From positions 95,322 to 127,321 of the forward strand of contig MTSL01000219.1 in the NCBI GenBank assembly GCA_002794465.1: a stretch of 32,000 nucleotides of DNA. Reading direction: 5' to 3'. The position numbers and the translations under genes were made by a program. The notes below the pieces were generated by a model. It was not told where the DNA came from. It saw only the letters and a list, made by a program, of their open reading frames with translations, and ran no database searches. Below, in pieces: positions 10,501-18,772 of the stretch (within the stretch, counting starts at the first letter, position 1; each line of letters starts with the position of its first letter). Source of the DNA: Paramicrosporidium saccamoebae KSL3. Lineage: Eukaryota; Fungi; Cryptomycota.

Positions 10501-10604
10501 GTAGTTATCCCGTAACCATCCCCGTAGTTATCCCCCGTGATTATTCCCGTAGTTATCCCCGTAATTATTCCCGTAGTTATCCCCCGTAATTATTCCCGTA
10601 GTTA
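10501..10604. repeat. Tandem repeat of 11-13-nt units with a 24-25-nt higher-order dimer; G-tract-rich on the minus strand
   Basis: GTAGTTATCCCC(C) alternates with GTAATTATTCCC; about 8.5 units. Confidence 0.92.
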
Positions 10605-10691
10605 CGCTCGCTACTCTCCTCATTAATGCACTCATTACTTCACTTATTACTACACTTGCTGATTGTCTACAGTTTATATGATATATGCACA

Positions 10692-10952
10692 TTACACTCC
10701 TCCAAAGCTGTTTCGTCGTTGCAGATTGGCATGGGCCCGAGAAAACAGACCAGGCAACGACTATGCAATTAAAACACGACCGTGGTACAAGGTCCATTTG
10801 GTGGGTCACCAGATTGTTGGCGGTGGCATAAATGACCAAATAGGCCGCCAGGATAATCAGTAGGGCGATTCCCGTGTTCTACGCAGTCACAGTGGTGAGA
10901 GGGGCGGTACCCAATCCATGCTTGTCGACCACTCTTCCGAATCACACCCCAT
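10692..10952 (-). CDS. Hypothetical single-TM microprotein (55-66 aa); exons 10952 or 10919..10911, 10878..10789 and 10760..10692
   Basis: Two intron-shaped segments (10910..10879, 32 nt; 10788..10761, 28 nt; both GTACC...TAG, phase 0) join an open frame containing GIALLIILAAYLVIYATA. No family recognised. Confidence 0.4.
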
Positions 10953-10985
10953 GCGATAAGTAACAACTATCCTCGTCTGTAATGC

Positions 10986-12248
10986 TCACGATTCCAGGAC
11001 ACTGACGGGTTGTATGTTGTCGGGAGGGTATTGGAAATGCGGCCCCAGATTGAGTTGTACACAGGCACCACCATAGACGGAAACTGCCGGATAGTATTTT
11101 GCATGGTATATGGATTTGAAGGCGGAGCCGTATTGTTGACCATTAACGCTGAAACTGATGCTTCCCTGCTCCAAAATGTCCTGTCGCACATGATACTGAC
11201 CAAACTTGAAGGGCGGATATTCTTCTTCAATTTCTGCTCGAAGATGTTCTGCAAATTGCGGCTGTTCGACGGATGGAATATCGAGAAGAACACCAATGAC
11301 GGCACCAGAGAGGATGGGTGCGGCATAAGGTTTGGGACGGCCGCAATGCACAGAAGCTCCGTCTGAGCTGCAGATAGCATAGCCATATTCGTCATAGCCC
11401 ACAGATGCCTGAGTGGCAGCCAGGATCTGAGCCAGTCCTACCCGTACATGGCCATCCTGTGGTGTATGAAATGTAATCTCAAAATACCATCGTCCTCCAC
11501 GATCGATTCCGTGGGTGGTTCGGGCTACACGATAGCCTCCATCACCCCCCACATTCCATTGATCAATGCGCAATTCAGGAGCAGTGTGGGTGGGGAGACG
11601 AGAGATGCTGACGGGACCGGGTGGATTGGGACGATCAAAGTCCAAATTGCTAAACACAAAGGACGCCGCTAGCTGACGCATTTGTTTTCTTAGCCTACGG
11701 GCCTGTGAGGACGCCTCATTGTCCTGTTCTGCCTCTTTGCGACGAGAACTGGCCCGCTGTAGCGGTTTGAGGGTTCCGTCTGGAAGGATTTCGTAATCGG
11801 CCTCCCGCGTCTGAACTGCCTCTACCTCGGACGGTGGCACCTTATCAATGAGCGTCCAAAAGCCGTTGAGAGTACGGCCCAGCTCTTTGCCACTCTGAAA
11901 ACGTGTACCCGAATAAGTGGATAGGGCAGCCACTACGGATGTCTGCCAATTGCCGCTTCGGTCACGGTCCCACAACAGTCCCCAATACTGTTCGATTTCG
12001 TCACAAATGCTGCGCCAATGGAAAAACTTGAGACCTTCAATGCTGTGGGCTGAGGGATGGGCCTCAATCAACTGGTACAGCAACAGGTGCACCACATCCA
12101 CCCAAGTGACATGCAGACGCGCCAAAGTCTCTCCCTCACCACACTCATTGCACGTGTATCGGAGGAATGAGTCACACGGCAAAAGGGCCAACGCACAAAA
12201 CGCACTGTCTTCTGTCACCTTTCCGCATTTGTGACACGTCAATTTCAT
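10986..12248 (-). CDS. ASH2: COMPASS (Set1) subunit Ash2/Bre2: atypical PHD plus winged helix and SPRY, 420 aa as called
   Basis: N-terminal CxxC...CxxC followed by TWVDVVHLLLYQL and NWQTSVVAALS. SPRY motifs GYRVARTTHGI, WYFEI, VGYDEYGY and YYPAVSVY. The 3' end may be extended by splicing (see findings). Confidence 0.88.
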   Translation of the reverse strand: MKLTCHKCGKVTEDSAFCALALLPCDSFLRYTCNECGEGETLARLHVTWVDVVHLLLYQLIEAHPSAHSIEGLKFFHWRSICDEIEQYWGLLWDRDRSGNWQTSVVAALSTYSGTRFQSGKELGRTLNGFWTLIDKVPPSEVEAVQTREADYEILPDGTLKPLQRASSRRKEAEQDNEASSQARRLRKQMRQLAASFVFSNLDFDRPNPPGPVSISRLPTHTAPELRIDQWNVGGDGGYRVARTTHGIDRGGRWYFEITFHTPQDGHVRVGLAQILAATQASVGYDEYGYAICSSDGASVHCGRPKPYAAPILSGAVIGVLLDIPSVEQPQFAEHLRAEIEEEYPPFKFGQYHVRQDILEQGSISFSVNGQQYGSAFKSIYHAKYYPAVSVYGGACVQLNLGPHFQYPPDNIQPVSVLES

Positions 12249-12316
12249 GCGTCTTCCCGTAGTCGCACAGTCATTGGCTCAATATCAGAGGGTATGATTG
12301 GCCGAGGGCAGAACCA

Positions 12317-14319
12317 ATGAAAAGAGAGTCGCAGTCCGATATAGGGCGAATCAGCGGATCGATTGGGGGCTATTGTGGAATGGGATTGTTGCGCTTCATA
12401 GCCATCCCAGTGAGACGACTGCTTCATGACGACACACTTGCAGGCGCGATCCTGGAAAAGGGCACGTCTGCCTCCACATTGTGGGGCGTCTTTTCGGAAC
12501 ACGCCACGGTATGTTCTGATGGGTAATTGTTGATCGATAGGGTGGCTCAGTGTGGACCATTGGAGCAATCGTAGGTGCGGCCCTGGCGTTGGTGGCAATG
12601 CTCGTGGGGTTATCCTTTGTGGTTATCCCGTTTCAGACGCTGCGCAATTGGCAGAAGCGACGCATCGGCGGTGCTGCGCAGACACGTCGATTTCAATTCT
12701 GTTGGCTCGTTCTGTTGGGTGTGGCGGTAGCAGTGACAGCTGACGCGGTATGGAGCAATGTCACAGCATTTGGATTATATGGCGGAGCGGAGCAGACGCT
12801 AAGAATGATTGATACAGTCCATAGCCACGCCGGCGTTCTAACAAAGGCCGCCTTGGCCACGGAACGGTTTGTCACTGGCATCCAAGGCTCTGTGATCAGT
12901 GCTGCCACAGGTGGAAAGGATCTGCAACCCGCCCTCAAACTCGTCGAGGAATATGCCACCGATGTTGATTCATTTGCTAATTTCCTAAAATATAACGTGT
13001 CCTTCCTCACTGAGCGGCTGAGCGACTCCCAGCTGCCGAGTGATAAACTCCAGACGATGCAGCAGATGCTCAAAGATGTGGGCGACAGTGAGGCTCTTGG
13101 AAAGCTTGCAAAACTCTCCGAGGCAATGAAAAATATGCGTGGCGAGACGCTGAATGGTCTCGGAAACCTCGCCAGTTTCTGGCCCGACCTCGAGCCCACG
13201 CGGCTGCACATTGTCGAGTTGGGTGAACGTCTGCAGAGCACCGAGATGGTTCGTTTCCTGTGGGTATTTTTCGTGTTATTCCTCTTTGTCGGAATTGTAG
13301 CCGCAGGACTGCAATTCTTCCGCATGAAGCGTTTCCGTATTGTCATGTGCTGCATGACAGCTGTTGCATTAATGCTGTCCCTAATGTATCTGGGTCATGC
13401 CTTCCATTTGGTCAGCGGCACATTGCTCGGCGCCTTTTGTGATGCATTAACTGGCGATGGCACACAGAAGCCTCTCCTGTTGCCCGTCTCAGATACATTT
13501 TCGCTCGACCTGGCCAAGGTAAATCACATGGCCAGCAGCTGCAGTGCCGGCCATGACATGATGAGTGCTCTACTGAGTGCCTATGCTACTGACGATAAGC
13601 AGCTGCAGAACATTAATCCACTTGTCACATTGGATCCACGGGCACAGGAGGTCATTATCAAGACGCCGTTGGCCACGGTTAACTTTGCCGTCAAGGACCG
13701 ACAGGTAGACTACAAGGCCGCGTTAGACAAGGCAGTTGATGGATTCGTCTCAACCACTGCCGACCAAGTTGGCAAACTCAATGCCACATCCGTCAAGAAG
13801 ATGGTGGAGGGTGCTCAATTGCTGTCCGAGTTGGACTATAGCGGACTCACGGACACTTTGCAAATGCTCAGTCTCCTCCTCGCCACTGCTGACAGTGTGT
13901 CCTCGCCTGTTGATCTGATGCTGAAAAATTTCAAGGTTACTGCCCGTAGTCATATTGACCGGATCAAAGCACTCCTTGCCGCTCTGAAGACCCAATCGGC
14001 GACCATCTATCCTGCCGCCAAGGCTCTCTCTCTCCATCTTGATAATGCACAACAGAATCCCACCGAGTTTCTTGCGGGTCTACAACGTACCTTAAAGGCA
14101 GACGTTGCCCAATTTGTGGCCGACACGTTACAGCCTGCCATGAACTGTCAGAAGACTGGTGCGGTTGTAGAGGGTGCCTTTGGTACTGTCTGCTCCGCAG
14201 CGGGTGCTCTCCAAGCACTCTTTTTGGCCTTTGGGATCCTCATCAATATGGCCATTGCGTTTTGTATTATGCTGCTTATTTGTAGAAAGTTTAGCGATAT
14301 CCATACTGAGGCTGAATAA
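12317..14319 (+). CDS. Five-TM Tweety/prominin-superfamily-like membrane protein; exons 12317..12508 and 12541..14319 (656 aa)
   Basis: A 32-nt intron at 12509..12540 (GTATGT...TTGAT CGATAG). Five hydrophobic helices in 2+2+1 arrangement with two large loops. Motifs EMVRFLW, IVMCC...GAFC and C...C...LQALFL resemble TTYH and prominin. Start codon uncertain. Confidence 0.65.
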
Positions 14320-14450
14320 ACCATCAATTTAGTATATCGTGCTGAAATGTGTAACAAGTTTATGAGAGTATATCCATTGATCATTGATCAAGGTTAAGAC
14401 TCGAGATTCTAATAGTCTTTACCACAATCCCCAATACAAGGGCCTTACTA

Positions 14451-14510
14451 CAAACCCAAACCCAGACCCAGACCCAAATCTAAACCTAAACCTAGACCTA
14501 GACTTAAACC
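14451..14510. repeat. Ten degenerate hexamers (CAAACC/CAGACC/TAAACC/TAGACC) directly after the AFG2B stop
   Basis: caaacc caaacc cagacc cagacc caaatc taaacc taaacc tagacc tagact taaacc. Confidence 0.9.
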
Positions 14511-14513
14511 TCG

Positions 14514-16551
14514 CTAGTAACACAGATCGGAGGGCTCTATCCGATCATGTCCTCGTCCAATGGCACAGAGAGCCGCTTCTTGGATCAGCTGTTTCAAATC
14601 GGCACCCGAAGATCCCACAGTATTATCGGCAATGGCTCCCAAATCGATACTTTTGTCAATGGGGGTGTGCTGGAGGATCTTTTGAAGAATGTCTAACCGA
14701 TCATTGCGTTCTGGGAGGGGAATATGCACCAGTCGGTCAAATCGGCCCGGTCTCAGTAGGGCAGCGTCAATGGCGTTCAATCGGTTAGTGGCTCCCAATA
14801 CCACTACTCCCCGCATCGTCTCAATGCCGTCCATCTCGTTTAGCAGAGTGGAGAGTACTCGTTCTTGTACCATGTCGCCGTGTCCTCTTTTCCCCACTAG
14901 GGCGTCTACTTCGTCAATAAAGATAAGCGATGGGGCCGTTTGACGGGCACTAAGGAACACTTGACGCACCAAACGCTCCGCTTCGCCCACATATGCCGAG
15001 AACACGGCGGCTCCGCTGAGAGAATAGAAGGAAAAGGAGCCGCGACTGGCCAGGATCTTGGCAATGGTCGTTTTGCTGCATCCCGGAGGACCATACAGGA
15101 GTACTCCACGGGGCTGCTGCAGGCCGAGTCTTGAAAAGGCCTCTTTATGTTGCAACGGCCATTCAATGGCTCTCTGAAGCTCCATCTTGATAGTTGCCAT
15201 CCCTCCCAAATCATCCCAATCCAGACCGCCTTCCACTGGCACTCGGTATTCTCTAATCAGAGAGGGAGTCATCCCCGCCAGTGCTTTGTTAGCATCATCT
15301 CCAGTAATCCGTACAGTCCTAGTAGACTCATCTTGACTACCAATTCCTCCACCTTTTCGCTTTACACATTCCAACACAATTGCTCTTGTCAGAGCTGCAA
15401 GATCGGCTGCCACATATCCAATCGTTCTTTTGGCAAGCTCTTCAACAAGCGCAATATCGACTTCAGGAAGCATGTTCAGCAACATGGTTTGTCTCATTTC
15501 TGTATCAGGTGGGTGGATGACAATCTCACGGTCAAATCTACCAGGCCTCCTCAGCGCTGGATCTAGGACATTTGGTCGGTTTGTTGCGCCAATAATAAGC
15601 AAATTACCTCTTCGGCCCTCTGCTCCGTCCATTAGAGTCAACAGCTGCGCGAGCAAACGGACCTGACTCTGATCAGATCCCGAATCTCTTTTGCATCCAA
15701 TAGAGTCCTAAATATTTAGCAAGATGGGGAGTTTACAATCTCATCCAAGAATAAAACACAGCACTTGTGGGCGGCCGCATCTTCAAAAACTTTTCTCAGA
15801 TTGGCTTCGCTTTGTCCCAGTAGGGGAGAGACTATTTCTGGTCCATTCATAACCACCAACGGCACGTTAAACTCTCTGCACAAACATCGTACCAAATGTG
15901 TCTTTCCTACTCCCGGCGGGCCCGACATGAGTACCCCGCGTGGGATATTCCAAACTCCCTTTAGCACTGCCACGAGCATCTCTCTCAACATGGAATATGC
16001 TCCATTATCGCTAACGTTCAACGACTCCCCCTCCTCCTTGATTTGGATTTCTATACATGTTGCTGCATCAATTGCACGCGGCTCCTCTGAATCACACTCT
16101 ACCCTTAGTGCTTCACTCAACTGACAGCCATCCCAAACTAGCCGACCAAGCAAATCCAGACGGTCCACGGTAGAGTTTAGGATAATCTTTGAAATGGCCG
16201 GTGGGGCTTTGCACCATATTCTTCCTACTGCGCAGAGGCCCTCCTGGATTTTATCACCTTTCCTCCCCTCATATGAAGGGCTATGTAGTTGAATAAATGA
16301 CTGGTGCAGACTGACAGCTGGAAACGGGTGCACCATATAGACCTACGTTCAATGAACCCTATTGCCTCGCTTACCTTGTCATTTGTAACTAATTCGATAA
16401 TGCTTCGATTATTAACAAGTTGCTTGCCTAATCTCCACCAGAGAGCCGGTGGCAAATATGCTCTTCCACAATGGGCTATCCCCGAATCATCAAGTACTTG
16501 ATATGGGTAATATTCATCCATTCCTCCATCCTGGTCACTACAACTGCGCAT
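14514..16551 (-). CDS. AFG2B: Double-AAA ATPase of the AFG2 family, SPATA5L1/AFG2B-like; exons 16551..16375, 16342..15737 and 15707..14514 (658 aa)
   Basis: D1 PRGVLMSGPPGVGKTHLVR, D2 GPPGCSKT, and VQERVLSTLLNEMDG resemble SPATA5L1 more than SPATA5. Introns 16374..16343 (32 nt, GTAAGC) and 15736..15708 (29 nt, GTAAAC) restore LFLDEI-DSI. Confidence 0.8.
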
Positions 16552-16689
16552 TTACTAATCCTCGACTGCACAGCAAACCTTTGACTTTACGCCGTAATCT
16601 TTGACACGGTATACATTAAATCTCATTACTATCATGGACCTTCAACCTCAGTGTTGAACACACATGTTTATTAACATTCACAATGAAAA

Positions 16690-17526
16690 TTATAGTGGAG
16701 TGGTTGATTGCGCCTTGTTTGCAATCAAATCATTCACTGCAATGACTGCCCTCGCCAATGCACTCACATACACCATGGCCATTTGGTCATTTGTCTTTAC
16801 AGTCAGCGCCATCTTGGACGTCCGACTGTGCACATCAGGCAACAGGTTAAACATGTCCTGTGCCCCACCCACAATCTCCTGACGAACCGGAAGTCGGCCC
16901 TCCACTACGGCCTGCAAATAGGCATCCAAGTCGCCCAGCTGTGCATCCAATTCTGCCAGACTTTTGATTTTCGTGGAAACGGCATGAGTCAACGAGCCAG
17001 AGGGTCCACGAAGGTCGCGCAACAAATGCTCCACACCTACTGCTTCCGGTTCGTCAGCCTCGAGGAATGAGGGGACATGGGCAAAGGTGGGCGGCTGGGA
17101 CGGATCCTCCTGCAGCGCATGATATGCCTGAACGGGCATTCCTCCGCTGCATTTGGCATCGATAATGCAGAGAACAGGCGACGTACAGTATTCGCGAAGA
17201 GTCGTGTGGATCTTTACATCCGAAGCCCGCAACTTTGGCCCGCTGTGATACCATCCCACCGGACGCTCCTTTGCATTAATCTTCTTGTACAACTCACTCA
17301 TGTTCTCGAGGTAATTATGGTCAAGATACCAGACAGTCGGGTCCGCTTCGTTCTCCTCAAACGGCACGGCATACGAATTGGTAATGTGGACCGTGCGTCC
17401 CGTCCAATTTCCCAGCAGAATCCCAACCACCCGTTTTCCGGGTCCGAGTGCGGCCCTCTGGTAGTGGTCCACCACAGAAAGCAGCACCAGTGGATGGACG
17501 ATAACTTGTTCCGGTGCGACTGCCAT
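16690..17526 (-). CDS. RPN8: 26S proteasome lid subunit Rpn8/PSMD7, 278 aa
   Basis: VIVHPLVLLSVVDHY, RVVGILLG, NSYAVPFEE, VGWYHSGPKL. The charged C-terminal tail is absent. Confidence 0.95.
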   Translation of the reverse strand: MAVAPEQVIVHPLVLLSVVDHYQRAALGPGKRVVGILLGNWTGRTVHITNSYAVPFEENEADPTVWYLDHNYLENMSELYKKINAKERPVGWYHSGPKLRASDVKIHTTLREYCTSPVLCIIDAKCSGGMPVQAYHALQEDPSQPPTFAHVPSFLEADEPEAVGVEHLLRDLRGPSGSLTHAVSTKIKSLAELDAQLGDLDAYLQAVVEGRLPVRQEIVGGAQDMFNLLPDVHSRTSKMALTVKTNDQMAMVYVSALARAVIAVNDLIANKAQSTTPL

Positions 17527-17564
17527 CCGATATGTTTAATACAATTATTCTTTAACCTGATTTA

Positions 17565-18536
17565 TTACGTCTTGAGGGTTTTTTGGTGATCCCGAACAAG
17601 TCGCTTGTAGAATGACTCCAAAACTAACGCCAAAAACACCACTCCCACGCAGAGCCACTGGGACAGTCGCATCCGATGCTGGAACCAGAGCAGACTGAGT
17701 AGGATGGTGAAGAGCTTTCTGGTAACAGTGATGGTCACCAGAGAAAGGGAGCCGAAATGTTCGAGAGTGTAGAAGACGAATACCTGGCCAAGGGCGCCGC
17801 AGAGACCAAAGAGGGCCACATCTCCCCTGACGGTGGGATAGTTGCGGGCAAAGGCAAGGGCCGCTGAGAATTCGTGATTCCACGGATTCAGAAGGAGATA
17901 CAGAAAGAGAAAGATGGACGAGAACAGATGCATGAAGAACATCATCTGCGGACCATACAACCGATGGTCAATAAACATCTTGTCCTGCCAGCTATTTGTT
18001 GCTCCGTCCACCATTAAATTAATCAGCAGCAGGAGTAGTCCGTATAGAGAATTGGCCCCGCCTCGTCCTCCCTCCTTCTCAAAGAGCATGAAGCCAGACA
18101 CACCGGCCGTAATCATGGCTACACTGACATATTTGTACCACTCAAATTTGCGTCGATATACGACAAAGTTCATCAGCATGACGGGGATTAGCTTGCACGA
18201 CTTTCCCAATATCATAGTTGGATAATTGATGTGACGTAGGGCCTCATATCCAAAGGGAGACCCAAGACATCCCGTCAAGGCTACGCGTGCATACTGTTTC
18301 AAGACGGACGGAGAACACGGTCCGAGGGTGCGACGCTGGAGACGGAGAACTGAGTAGGCGACAAAGACGCAGGCAATAGACTGGATGAGGTTGAGAACGA
18401 GGAAGAAACGGAACCGGCCGTGGCTGCCGTCAATGACTGAGACGTAATCAAGAGTGCTGATCCTCTCCTGCAACACTCCCCAAGTCAGGAAGAACAAATA
18501 GATGCCAGCTGCACAGAACAGTAGCTGTCCCACCAT
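17565..18536 (-). CDS. HUT1: UDP-galactose transporter family Hut1/SLC35B1, 323 aa
   Basis: GIYLFFLTWGVLQERI, YEALRHINYPTMILGKSCKLIPVM, DGATNSWQD, GQVFVFYTLEHFGSL, TRKLFT. Start placed at ATG 18536; the ORF-track extension is not family-like. Confidence 0.92.
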   Translation of the reverse strand: MVGQLLFCAAGIYLFFLTWGVLQERISTLDYVSVIDGSHGRFRFFLVLNLIQSIACVFVAYSVLRLQRRTLGPCSPSVLKQYARVALTGCLGSPFGYEALRHINYPTMILGKSCKLIPVMLMNFVVYRRKFEWYKYVSVAMITAGVSGFMLFEKEGGRGGANSLYGLLLLLINLMVDGATNSWQDKMFIDHRLYGPQMMFFMHLFSSIFLFLYLLLNPWNHEFSAALAFARNYPTVRGDVALFGLCGALGQVFVFYTLEHFGSLSLVTITVTRKLFTILLSLLWFQHRMRLSQWLCVGVVFLALVLESFYKRLVRDHQKTLKT

Positions 18537-18640
18537 GGGTGACGTGCGACAGGGGAGGGCGCATGAAGAACTACCGAGTGTTATGTGGATGACTGTGAAA
18601 GAGTGTAATAATGATCCACACATGAAATGCAGTATCCGCC

Positions 18641-18716
18641 TTATCCACTTTATTCACCTTGTTCACATTATCCACATTATCCCACACATTATCCACATTA
18701 TCCCACACATTACACA
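18641..18716. repeat. 9/12-bp tandem repeat whose unit matches TTATCCACA
   Basis: ttatccact ttattcacc ttgttcaca ttatccaca ttatcccacaca ttatccaca ttatcccacaca ttacaca. Confidence 0.9.
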
Positions 18717-18772
18717 AGATTAGTACGCATTTATAAATGATGTACAGTACACGCTTATAGTTATGGTCTATG

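Noticed and set aside
12247-12334. Extra upstream exon for the Tweety/prominin-like gene starting at an ATG overlapping the ASH2 ATG
   Set aside because: Needs a 43-nt intron with no branch point, outside the local size range, and yields no signal peptide. Unresolved without RNA data.
18537-18623. N-terminal extension of the HUT1 ORF (similarly 21979..22107 and 10454..10480)
   Set aside because: Non-ATG or non-conserved extensions; family-like sequence begins at the downstream ATG.
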